Below are positions 9,185-18,211 of a DNA stretch of 32,000 nucleotides, one piece after another. Made by a program: the position numbers and the translations under genes. The DNA is from Mycolicibacterium smegmatis (GTDB lineage Bacteria; Actinomycetota; Actinomycetes; Mycobacteriales; Mycobacteriaceae). The DNA lies in the NCBI RefSeq assembly GCF_001457595.1, contig NZ_LN831039.1, positions 4,200,001 through 4,232,000 on the forward strand, written 5' to 3'. The notes under the pieces were generated by a model. The model was not told the DNA's origin. It worked only from the letters and a program-made list of their open reading frames with translations, and ran no database searches. The stretch's first letter is position 1. The number at the start of each line of letters is the position of its first letter.

Positions 9185-9856
9185 GTGGATGTGGCAGCCG
9201 GCGCTCTTCGGGCGGCTCAGCGTCTCAGGTTGAAGGACGACGTACTGGCGGTCTTGCGTGACGCCATCATCGCCGGCAAGTTCGCCCCCGGGGAGCGTCT
9301 GAACGAGAAAGACCTTGCCGAGCAGTTGGGCACCAGTCGGGGTCCCATTCGAGATTCGTTGGCCGCGTTGGCACATGAGGGTTTGGTGGTCCATGAACCG
9401 CACAAGGGCGCTCGTGTCCCACTGCTCGACAAGGCGGACATCGAGGACGTCTACACCTTGAGGGTGGCCTTGGAAACCCTGGCTGCTCGCACGGCCGTCG
9501 AACGTGCCCGGGCCGCTGACTTCGACGCACTCGACCATGCCCTATCCGACCTTGCAAAGGCCTTCGAGAAGGGAGATCGGCGAGGTATCACCGACGCGGA
9601 TCTCCGATTTCACGATGCGTTTTATCAAGCGGCCCACCATGATCGACTCAGCGTGGCGTGGCGCACGGTGCGGTCGCAGGTGGCATTGTGCCTGTTCTCT
9701 CGCAACACGGTGTCGGCGACAAGTCGCGAGATCGTCGTCGACGAGCACGTGCACCTCCTCGACCTACTGCGAACCCGAAGCGAGTCAGCACTGGTCGACG
9801 CCGTTCGGGCGCACATCGAAACTGCTTATCAGCGCCTCGTGGCGTCATACGACTGA
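9185..9856 (+). CDS. GntR-family transcriptional regulator, FadR/FCD subfamily
   Basis: LRLKDDVLAVLRDAIIAGKFAPGERLNEKDLAEQLGTSRGPIRDSLAALAHEGLVVHEPHKGARV (wHTH) plus FCD-like C-terminal domain. The track starts at 9170 (TTG); GTG at 9185 or 9191 is an alternative start. Confidence 0.93.
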   Translation: MDVAAGALRAAQRLRLKDDVLAVLRDAIIAGKFAPGERLNEKDLAEQLGTSRGPIRDSLAALAHEGLVVHEPHKGARVPLLDKADIEDVYTLRVALETLAARTAVERARAADFDALDHALSDLAKAFEKGDRRGITDADLRFHDAFYQAAHHDRLSVAWRTVRSQVALCLFSRNTVSATSREIVVDEHVHLLDLLRTRSESALVDAVRAHIETAYQRLVASYD

Positions 9857-9914
9857 CCCTCTCGCAGTCCCGTGGTAAGGCGCCCGACTCGATCGTGATC
9901 CCTTTATCGAAAGG

Positions 9915-9924
9915 TTGTTAACAA
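9915..9924. promoter_or_regulatory. Candidate operator, perfect 10-bp palindrome TTGTTAACAA
   Basis: Self-complementary, immediately upstream of and touching the ATG at 9924; shares TTGTTAAC with 9170-9177. Confidence 0.5.
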
Positions 9925-11243
9925 TGAACCGTATGCAATCATCGCGGAAGGCCGGGTTGGCGAGCCTGGTCGGCACCACCATCGAGTGGTACGACTTCCA
10001 GATCTACGGGCTGAGTGCGGCAGTGGTGTTCAGCACTGTGTTCTTTCCCGAGGTCAGCACCCTTGCCGGCACGTTGGCATCGTTCGCGGTGTTCGCGCTG
10101 GGATTCCTCGCTCGCCCTCTGGGCGGAATCATCTTCGGCCACTTCGGTGACCGCGCAGGACGTAAGCAGATCCTTCTGATCACCCTGTTGTTGATGGGTA
10201 TCAGTACCTTTGCGGTGGGCGTGATCCCGTCATACGAGACCATCGGGGCCTGGGCTCCCATACTCTTGGTGGCGATGCGGTTGCTGGGAGGGATCGCACT
10301 CGGCGGCGAGTGGGGCGGCGCTGTCCTGCTGAGTGTCGAACACGCACCACCGGGTAAGCGCGGATTCTACGGTGCGCTACCACAGGTCGGGTCACCCGCC
10401 GGTTTCCTCCTCGCCACCACGGTTTTCGCGATCGTCACCGCCGCCACCGGCGATGCGTTCGAAACGTGGGGTTGGCGAATCCCGTTCCTGCTCAGTGGAG
10501 TTCTCGTCGCAGTGGGTCTCTTCATCCGACTCGCGGTGCCGGAAACCCCGGTGTTCGCCGAGATACGCGAGAAGGTTCAGCACACTGCATCGGCGCCGTT
10601 GATCGAGGTACTGCGCAACCATCCGAAAACGGTGATGCTCGGCATCGGGGCATTCGCGGTCTCCAGTGGCGGGTATTACGTATACGCCACCTACATGGTG
10701 GCCTACGGCAAGAACGATCTCGGAATCTCGGCCACCACGATGCTCATCGGCGGCATCGTCTTCGCGTGCTGTGCGATCGTCGGTAACTTGACCTCGGCGT
10801 CGGTGTCCGACCGAATCGGTCGGCGACCCGTCTTCCTCACGATGGCGCTGTTCACGATTCTCTACGCGTTCCCCCTGTTCTGGCTGGTGGAGACCGAGGT
10901 GGCGGTACTCATCTGGATCGCCCAGGGGATCGGGGGGTTTGCCAACGGTTCGCTGTACGGGCTGATGGGATCGCTGAGCGCGGAAATGTTCGAGCCGCAT
11001 ATTCGGTACACCGGAGCCTCACTCGGACAACAGGTGTCGGCAGGACTGGTCGGTGGGACGACCCCGATGATCGTGACGGCGATGGTTGCCTCAGCGGGAC
11101 ATTCATGGCCCGCGCCGGCGTGGTTGGCGCTGCTGGCGGCGGTGAGTCTCCTGTGCGTCCTCGTGCTTCCTGAGACGTACAACAAGCCGATCGTCGCCGT
11201 CGAGAAGGGCGACGCGACATCGTCGGAAGCTGCCCGTACGTGA
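9924..11243 (+). CDS. MFS transporter, metabolite:H+ symporter (MHS) type
   Basis: SSRKAGLASLVGTTIEWYDFQIYGLSAAVVFSTVFFPEVSTLAGTLASFAVFALGFLARPLGGIIFGHFGDRAGRKQILLITLLLMG...GGEWGGAVLL is typical of the MHS subfamily. Confidence 0.94.
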   Translation: MNRMQSSRKAGLASLVGTTIEWYDFQIYGLSAAVVFSTVFFPEVSTLAGTLASFAVFALGFLARPLGGIIFGHFGDRAGRKQILLITLLLMGISTFAVGVIPSYETIGAWAPILLVAMRLLGGIALGGEWGGAVLLSVEHAPPGKRGFYGALPQVGSPAGFLLATTVFAIVTAATGDAFETWGWRIPFLLSGVLVAVGLFIRLAVPETPVFAEIREKVQHTASAPLIEVLRNHPKTVMLGIGAFAVSSGGYYVYATYMVAYGKNDLGISATTMLIGGIVFACCAIVGNLTSASVSDRIGRRPVFLTMALFTILYAFPLFWLVETEVAVLIWIAQGIGGFANGSLYGLMGSLSAEMFEPHIRYTGASLGQQVSAGLVGGTTPMIVTAMVASAGHSWPAPAWLALLAAVSLLCVLVLPETYNKPIVAVEKGDATSSEAART

Positions 11244-11302
11244 AGGCTTTGCCACACCAAACGAAACACACCCGTCAACAACACTATTGAGAGGTAATTC
11301 AG

Positions 11303-11992
11303 GTGGTCTTCATCCTTGATCCGAAACCCGACCTGCTGACGTTCGACTGTTATGGGACGCTCATCGACTGGGATTCCGCGTTGCGCGTATATATGGCCGA
11401 TCTGCTCAGACGGAAGAACTTGTCTGTTGAGCCCGACCAGTTCTACCACCGGTGGTACTACAGCCACGCGTTGCGACTGCTGCAGGGCCCGTTCCTGATC
11501 TACCGTGAACTGCTCAAGCAGAGCATTCAGGCCGCGCTGCATGAGTACGGCGCCGACGTGGACCATTCAGACGGCGCCGATTGCGGCGACGCAATGGCGG
11601 AAGCCGAACCCTTTCCCGACACCGTCGACGTACTGCGTCAACTCGCGAAGACGTACCGCCTTGCGATCATCAGCAACAGCCAGGACGACATCGTCTGCCG
11701 CGCTGTCGACCGCATGCACAACCTGTTCAGCGTGGTCATCACGGCCGAGACAACCCGTGCCTACAAACCGGATTCGGCGTTGTTCGAACTCGTCCTGGAA
11801 AGGGCCGCAGTGCCGGTCGAACGAACGGTGCACATCGCGCAGTCACAGTACGTCGATCTCCCGCGCAGCGTCCCGATGGGTTTCCGCACGATTTGGATCA
11901 ACCGAAACTCGCAAACCCTCAACGACGGCACGCCGGCGCCCGACGAGATCCTGCCCGATCTCCGGGGCCTGCCTGCGCTGCTGAACGCCTGA
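11303..11992 (+). CDS. HAD-superfamily hydrolase, haloacid dehalogenase type II-like
   Basis: LLTFDCYGTLIDWDSALRVYM, LAIISNSQDD, RAYKPDSALFELVLERAAV, HIAQSQYVDLPRSVPMGFRTIWINR. Confidence 0.88.
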   Translation: MVFILDPKPDLLTFDCYGTLIDWDSALRVYMADLLRRKNLSVEPDQFYHRWYYSHALRLLQGPFLIYRELLKQSIQAALHEYGADVDHSDGADCGDAMAEAEPFPDTVDVLRQLAKTYRLAIISNSQDDIVCRAVDRMHNLFSVVITAETTRAYKPDSALFELVLERAAVPVERTVHIAQSQYVDLPRSVPMGFRTIWINRNSQTLNDGTPAPDEILPDLRGLPALLNA

Positions 11993-12026
11993 CACCCGAA
12001 CCACGTTCATCACACAAGGAGACCAC

Positions 12027-13235
12027 ATGCACTCGGCCAGTACAGAGGCCACGAATCCACTCGACGACCTGGACATCAGTTCCTCGCCGGGACAGGAAAA
12101 GTCGCTTGCCACCGCGACAGCGCGTCCAGTCGGCGATGGAACTGACTTCTCGCACGGTGACGTGGGCGCCTTCCTCCCGGCCCCGGGAGCATTCGATCTG
12201 TACCGAGAAGCCTTCGCCGACGGGCGACGCTACGCCTACTCGCCTTATCGCGGTCATGACGACGTGCGCGAACACGTCGCCCACCATGTCGGTGAGTTCA
12301 CCGGGCGCCCAGTGGACCCATCACGCGAAATCATCGTCACACCCGGAACCCAAGGTGCGCTTTTCGTAGCACTGTCGTCGTTGGTGGAACCCGGCGATAA
12401 GGTGGCTGTCGTCGTTCCGGATTACTTCGCCAACAGCCGCATCGTCACCTATCTGAGAGCCCAGACCGTCCCCGTGACGCTGGATTATCAGGACCCGTCA
12501 CGCGCCGCCGAGCTCGACCTCGTCAAGCTGGCCTACGCCTTCGCGTCCGGTTGCAAACTGCTCGTTCTGTCGAACCCCAACAATCCCACGGGCGTTGTCT
12601 ACACCTCCGACCAGATTCACCAGATCGCGGCGCTGGCAGAAAGATACGGCGCATTCATCGTGGTGGATCAGTTGTACTCCCGGCTCGTGTACCCGGGCAC
12701 TTCATTCACCCACCTTCGCACGACCGCAATTGCCGACGAACACTGTCTCACCCTGCTGGGCCCCTCGAAAACGGAGTCACTCAGCGGGTTTCGGGTGGGG
12801 GTGGCTGTCGGCGCGCCCCATGTCATCGACAGGATGGAAAAGTTGCAGGCGTTGGCATCATTGCGTGCCCCGGGGTACAGCCAGACGGTCCTCCGCTGCT
12901 GGTTCGCCGAACCGCCCGGCTGGCTCGAGCACCGCATCAAGGAGCATCAGAACATCCGTGACGACCTTCATGCACGGTTCGAGGCAACCAATGGCGTCTC
13001 GATCCGCCGCACCGAGGGCGGCAGCTATATATTCCCGCAACTACCGGCCTTGCGTGTGCCACCAGCCGAATTCCGGAACATACTGCGCTCCGACCACGGA
13101 ATCACCGTCACCCCAGGCAGCGAGTTCGGCCCCGGTCACGACCGCAGTATCCGGTTGAACTTCTCCCAACAACGCGACAACGCGCTGGCGGCGGCATCGG
13201 TCATCTGCGATCTGGCAACGGAATTGTCGGAATGA
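12027..13235 (+). CDS. PLP-dependent aminotransferase class I/II
   Basis: YSPYRGHDDVREHVAHHV...LLVLSNPNNPTGVVYTSDQI...VVDQLYSRLVY...LLGPSKTESLSGFRVGVAVG (PLP lysine context)...SIRLNFS. Confidence 0.94.
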   Translation: MHSASTEATNPLDDLDISSSPGQEKSLATATARPVGDGTDFSHGDVGAFLPAPGAFDLYREAFADGRRYAYSPYRGHDDVREHVAHHVGEFTGRPVDPSREIIVTPGTQGALFVALSSLVEPGDKVAVVVPDYFANSRIVTYLRAQTVPVTLDYQDPSRAAELDLVKLAYAFASGCKLLVLSNPNNPTGVVYTSDQIHQIAALAERYGAFIVVDQLYSRLVYPGTSFTHLRTTAIADEHCLTLLGPSKTESLSGFRVGVAVGAPHVIDRMEKLQALASLRAPGYSQTVLRCWFAEPPGWLEHRIKEHQNIRDDLHARFEATNGVSIRRTEGGSYIFPQLPALRVPPAEFRNILRSDHGITVTPGSEFGPGHDRSIRLNFSQQRDNALAAASVICDLATELSE

Positions 13236-13684
13236 ATGAAACAAGGACGAGTCCAGTGCCGCAGGGTGACTACCGGTCTGCCGTTCGACATGAAACGGTG
13301 ATCTACACGGCCGGGATGACACCGCGGGACAACGGCGAATTGATCGACATCGGTGTCGTCGGTGCCAACATCGACGTCGACCGGGCTCGCAGCGCGGCGC
13401 GACATGCTGCCACGAACGCTGCCTTCGCCGCAGAATCGGGCCTCTTGCCAGGTGAGGCGATCGCCCAGGTGCTCCGAATGACCGTATTCGTCGCGTCGGT
13501 CCCCACCTTCACCGAGCACTCGCGTGTCGCCGACGCGGCGTCTGAGGTGCTTCGAGGACGCTACGGCGACGAAGCGCTGGGGGCACGCACGGCGGTCGGG
13601 GTCGCCTGTCTTCCCGGAGGCGCGCCGGTCGAGATCGAACTCACCGTTGGGATCGGCGTGGCGGATCGGCGCGCATCGACCTGA
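13232..13684 (+). CDS. RidA/YjgF/YER057c/UK114-family protein
   Basis: YTAGMTPRDNGELIDIGVVG...AQVLRMTVFVASVPTFTEHSRVADAASEVLRGRYGDEALGARTAVGVACLPGGAPVEIELTVGI; conserved Arg context GARTAVGV. Overlaps the aminotransferase stop (ATGA). Confidence 0.88.
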   Translation: MNETRTSPVPQGDYRSAVRHETVIYTAGMTPRDNGELIDIGVVGANIDVDRARSAARHAATNAAFAAESGLLPGEAIAQVLRMTVFVASVPTFTEHSRVADAASEVLRGRYGDEALGARTAVGVACLPGGAPVEIELTVGIGVADRRAST

Positions 13685-14967
13685 TGAGTCAGTCCACGAG
13701 ATCCATCGAGCAGACTTTGGCAAGGGCCTCTGCGAACCGTTTCAACGCCTGGACCACCATCGATCATGAGGCTGTGGCGCGGTACGAGAGAGCGCGGGGC
13801 GCGAGCGCTGAACGGGCGCGCATCCTTGAGGGAATACCTTGCGGCGTCAAGGACAACATCGACGTCGCGGGATTGCCCACGGCGGATGGATCGGCCTATC
13901 CGGCGGTGGTGCCGACGCGCGATGCTCAAGTGGTCCTTGCTCTGCGCGCAGCCGGGGCAGTCATCGTCGGCAAGAACGCGATGCATGAAATCGCCTACGG
14001 GGCCACCGGAATGGTATCGGCCACTGCGCCGGTGGTGAACCCGCGCAGTGCCGAGCATATGCCGGGCGGGTCTAGTAGTGGATCTGCCGCCGCAGTAGCG
14101 GCGGGCGATGTGCCCTTCGCTATCGGGACCGACACCGGAGGATCCGTCCGGGTACCCGCGGCGTTGTGCGGCGTCGTCGGACTACGACCCACGACTGGCC
14201 GGCTGCAATCCTCCGGGGTCCAGCCGTTGTCGCCGACGCTCGACACCGTCGGAGTCCTCGCTGCGTCCGTGGGCATCGCTCGCGCCGTCTGGCATGCCAT
14301 CAGCGGTACGCCATACAGATCGCCGGAGACCGACGATGCTGCCCTCACGATCGGTGTGGTCGCTGACGATTACTTTGTTCCCGAGAGTACGGCCATCACT
14401 GAGGCAGTGAGCAATGCGTCCGCTTCGCTTGAACAGCACGGCGCCAAAGTCAGGCCCGTTCGGCTGGGCTGGCCTGAGGCTGCGGTCCCCGTCTACGCGC
14501 ATATCGTCGGGTGCGAGGCAGCGTTGACCCACCGGAAGCGGTTGTCCGAAAATCCGCCCTTGTTCCAATCCGAGACTCGCCGCCGATTGGCGGCAGGAGC
14601 GCGAACAACCCCTCATATGTACGTTGAGGCCCTTCGGCACCGGGCTCGGATCGCTTATGACCTGCTCCGTGTGTTCGACCATTGCGATGTGTTGATCAGC
14701 CCCACCACTGCGATCCTCGGACCCCGTCGTGATCGGAAAACCGCAGAAGTGGGAGGGCAGTCTGTCGATGTGGGTCGGGCGCTCGTCGCGTACACCACGC
14801 CGTGGAGTCTGACAGGTGCTCCGGCCCTGGCTGTTCCAGTCGGGGCCGATCAGCACGGCCGACCCTTGTCGGTCCAACTCGTCGGTAAGCCCGGTTGTGA
14901 AACCCGCGTACTCGAGGCGGGGTCCATCGTCGAGGCACAACACAGATCCGCCGCGGGATTGCGGTAG
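13684..14967 (+). CDS. Amidase (amidase-signature family)
   Basis: [25 protein letters not shown]...[48 protein letters not shown], the Ser-Ser-Lys signature. Start abuts the previous stop. Confidence 0.95.
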   Translation: MSQSTRSIEQTLARASANRFNAWTTIDHEAVARYERARGASAERARILEGIPCGVKDNIDVAGLPTADGSAYPAVVPTRDAQVVLALRAAGAVIVGKNAMHEIAYGATGMVSATAPVVNPRSAEHMPGGSSSGSAAAVAAGDVPFAIGTDTGGSVRVPAALCGVVGLRPTTGRLQSSGVQPLSPTLDTVGVLAASVGIARAVWHAISGTPYRSPETDDAALTIGVVADDYFVPESTAITEAVSNASASLEQHGAKVRPVRLGWPEAAVPVYAHIVGCEAALTHRKRLSENPPLFQSETRRRLAAGARTTPHMYVEALRHRARIAYDLLRVFDHCDVLISPTTAILGPRRDRKTAEVGGQSVDVGRALVAYTTPWSLTGAPALAVPVGADQHGRPLSVQLVGKPGCETRVLEAGSIVEAQHRSAAGLR

Positions 14968-15254
14968 CACGAGCGACAACCATCGAACTGCTGCCCGCGG
15001 GTCGGTTCCCTGCCGGGATGGCTGTTTCGTCGTCTGCAGTTTCTCACACAGCTTCTCAACAAACCGGTGGGTAAACGCACGGTGTCGGAAGCAGGCTTGG
15101 ATACCGAAAAGAATGTCGGCCTGCTGCGACAGCGATAAGGCGATCCGCGCCCTGACGAAGTTCAACGAGGCGGCAGCGCAGGCGAGGTCGGATTGTGTTC
15201 GTAGGATCCGCCTCTACGTTTGGATCAGACACCCCGAAAGCTCAGGGCTGACAG

Positions 15255-16250
15255 TCAGATGTGCAGAAGGTTCTGGGCATTCCGATGTGCGATGGATGCG
15301 CGTTGATCCTCGCTCAATTCTGCCGATTCGAGAAACTCCGACACACTCTCACTTTCGACGTAGGGGTAATCCTCAGAGTAGATGATCCGCTCGTGGCCGA
15401 GTTCGGCGAGGATGAACTTCAACCGATTCTGGTTGAACATGCCCGACGGCGTAATCCACACATGGTCGCGATAGTACTGGCTGATAGGACGGTCGAGGTG
15501 GTGGCACCAAGCGAATACCTCATCGAGCCGATCGAGCCAACCCGCGACAAATTCGCCCCAATGACCGCTCAGCATTTTCAGATTCGGATGGCGATCAAGC
15601 GCACCGGATAGAATCATCCGAATCGTGTGGATCCCTGCCTCGGCATGCCAACCGAAGCCGGGACCCGCGAACACCCATTGCACTGCGCCGGGCCAGTTGC
15701 CCGCGTAGTAGGCGTTGGACACCGACGCAGGCGGTAGTCCCGGATGAAGGTATATGGGTCGGTCAACTTCTTCAGCTGCAGACAGCACCGGCTCGTATCG
15801 ATCGTCATCAAGGAACGTTCCAGCACACGTACCCATCACTAGCGTGCCCACAAAGCCCAATTCATTCACGCAACGCCTCATTTCGTCAGCAGCTGCGTGT
15901 GGATCATGCAAGGGGATGGTCGCAAACCCGCGAAATCGCGTAGGATGCTCTGAAATATCTTGTGCTAGCGCATCGTTCGCAGTGCGACATAGTTCAGTCG
16001 CCTCATGGTGGTTCAGGCTGCCGGGATTGTTCGCACCATGTGACACCACCTGAACGTCGATGCCGACTCGGTCCATATGCGTCAAACGCCTTCCACCCAA
16101 CCGCTCCGAGGAGTCGCGATCTGGCATGAAGTGCTGTAAAAGAGCTTCATAACTATCGTCCATCGCGATCGGCGGTGGGCCTCCAAGCTGTTGTACTCGC
16201 GCCATCGCGCCAGGGTGATGAAAGTGTTCTTCGACAGTGATGATCTTCAT
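15255..16250 (-). CDS. Amidohydrolase-family protein, ACMSD / gamma-resorcylate decarboxylase-like
   Basis: MKIITVEEHFHHPG...IYLHPGLPP...GALDRHPNLKMLSGHWGEFVAGWLDRLDE...IIYSEDYPYVE. ATG at 16250 preferred over the track start at 16325. Confidence 0.9.
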   Translation of the reverse strand: MKIITVEEHFHHPGAMARVQQLGGPPPIAMDDSYEALLQHFMPDRDSSERLGGRRLTHMDRVGIDVQVVSHGANNPGSLNHHEATELCRTANDALAQDISEHPTRFRGFATIPLHDPHAAADEMRRCVNELGFVGTLVMGTCAGTFLDDDRYEPVLSAAEEVDRPIYLHPGLPPASVSNAYYAGNWPGAVQWVFAGPGFGWHAEAGIHTIRMILSGALDRHPNLKMLSGHWGEFVAGWLDRLDEVFAWCHHLDRPISQYYRDHVWITPSGMFNQNRLKFILAELGHERIIYSEDYPYVESESVSEFLESAELSEDQRASIAHRNAQNLLHI

Positions 16251-16660
16251 CAGTTTCCTAAGTACTCGATGTGCCGGCCCTGGGGGCCGGCACCGGTCGT
16301 TCGTCCTAATGCGCCGCAACTGCATATCTTGTCGACCCGGATCGACAAGAGAAATGGCCGAGAGCGCGGTGTCTGGCCGGCTCTTGCCTAGCCCCTGCCT
16401 TCAACTGGGTTGCAACCGTCGAAATGTTCACCATCGTTGGGCAGGCCAAGTGGTCGAGGTGTGCTTACATCGCAACGATGAATAGCAGATGACGATGTTG
16501 TTGCGACGCCTCGGCAGCGATGCTCGGGCTGATCGTCTCGAGCTGCCTCCCCGGGTAGAGTCATTCGCACTCTTGCCTTTTCGAATTGTGTTCGCTCGAT
16601 ACATGTTCAACTCGTAAGGCCCATCAAGACTATCCGTAATACGAACGGAGCCATTCAGAT

Positions 16661-17605
16661 TCACGAGAAGTCGAGGACGATGCGCCCGCGCAGACCGCCG
16701 GCCTCGAGCATGCGGTGTGCCTTCGGGGCCTGCTCGGCGGGCAGTACGTCGGCCACGCGAAGTGTCAGCACGCCCATCTCAGCCTGACGGCTCAACGTCG
16801 TGAGCCCCTCGGTATCGGTGATGCGATCAGGCACCATCACCGGAACCACCCGGACACCACGCTCCCCCGGCCCCTCCCACCCGCGCAACTCGACCAGCAT
16901 GCCACCATCAGCGATCGCACCGAGCACCTCACCCTGCTGATCAGAGCCATCAACCAGGCCCGGCACCCCACCCGGAACCAACCCACGGATCCGCGCCGCG
17001 ACCTCGGCACCACGCTCGACAACGTGATCAGCGCCGAAACCGCGGACCAGCTCCACATCACGCTCGACCGCATCGGCAATCACCCGCAACCCATCAGCCT
17101 TCGCCAACTCGACCGCAAAGCCACCGACCGCACCCGCCGCACCAGTCACCGCCACCGTCTCCCCCGCACGCAGCCCCAGCGTATCCAGCGCCAGACGCGC
17201 GGTCATCGCATTCATCAGCAGAGTCGACGCCGCAGCGAAATCAGCGTTCGCCGGCGCGGGCACCACCGAGGCCGCGGGCACCACAACCTGCTCGGCATAC
17301 GCCCCACCGTGTTCACCGACGAACATCACCATCGCGATCACCCGCTGCCCCACATGAAGGCGACCATCACAGCCCGGCCCGATCTGATCGATGACACCCG
17401 CAGCGTCCATCCCGGGCACAAACGGCGGACGCCGGCCCGCCATACGCACAGCATGACCACCGGTCCGCAACAAGACATCGGTCGGACTCACCGCCGCGGC
17501 ATACACCCGGATACGCACCTCCCCCGGGCCCGCCTGCGGCTCAGGCAAGTCGATCACCTCAAGTGCGTCCGGACCACCGAATTCATATACACCAACGGCT
17601 TTCAC
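16661..17605 (-). CDS. NADP-dependent quinone oxidoreductase / zinc-type alcohol dehydrogenase-like
   Basis: VKAVGVYEFGGPDALEVIDLPEPQAGPGEVRIRVYAAAVSPTDVLLRTG...VAVTGAAGAVGGFAVELAKADG. GTG at 17605 is a likely start; the track start is 17662. Confidence 0.92.
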   Translation of the reverse strand: MKAVGVYEFGGPDALEVIDLPEPQAGPGEVRIRVYAAAVSPTDVLLRTGGHAVRMAGRRPPFVPGMDAAGVIDQIGPGCDGRLHVGQRVIAMVMFVGEHGGAYAEQVVVPAASVVPAPANADFAAASTLLMNAMTARLALDTLGLRAGETVAVTGAAGAVGGFAVELAKADGLRVIADAVERDVELVRGFGADHVVERGAEVAARIRGLVPGGVPGLVDGSDQQGEVLGAIADGGMLVELRGWEGPGERGVRVVPVMVPDRITDTEGLTTLSRQAEMGVLTLRVADVLPAEQAPKAHRMLEAGGLRGRIVLDFS

Positions 17606-18211
17606 GCCTTTGAACAACCCGAGGCGCCAGCTCATTATTCCTCGCAGGCTGTTGCGGATCATTCGGTCCAGAAATCACAGCTGCAGTGCCACAGCCGGAT
17701 TGACGTCAGCCGATCACGTAAGGGTCGCCTCGGCGGCGATCGCACGAGAAGTTCTCACGACGGCCTACTACCGGAACCGCGATACCCGCCGTGTACTGCT
17801 TACTGATCTCCAGTGGTTCCAGGTGGACACCGGTCTCGTTTCATCCCGACGAGACAGCGGTCACCACATGTGTTTACGTTCCCTGGGCATGTGTTGTGCG
17901 GCAGTGACTGGCCCTTCGCCGCGCCGTATGTCTGCGCTTACGGCGACAGTCACCACTGCAGTTTCTCGAATTGCCAAAGCATGGGTCTGAGCGGCGGCGC
18001 CCGGAGATGCCCCGCAGCGACGAGGACTTCACGATCCGACAGCGCCTTGCACGATGGTCACTGCGTCCGGATGGGCAAAGGAGCGTGTATCCCCAGCGCA
18101 ACTGAGCACATCGGGCGGAACGCAGTCGCGAATCATCAATTAATACAGCTCAATTGGTGTCGATTTCAACATGGGGCGTGCGACCTTCCTGGGTGCTACG
18201 GAAGCGAGCCC

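Noticed and set aside
10392-11000. 202-aa minus-strand ORF and 10862..11566 minus ORF
   Set aside because: Antisense to the MHS transporter and the HAD gene; no independent support.
14182-15165. 327-aa minus-strand ORF
   Set aside because: Mostly antisense to the amidase. The first ~60 residues (beyond the amidase end) look slightly more protein-like but have no recognisable motif.
16715-17806. 363-aa plus-strand ORF
   Set aside because: Entirely antisense to the well-supported quinone-oxidoreductase gene; low-complexity His/Arg/Thr-rich translation typical of antisense frames in GC-rich DNA.
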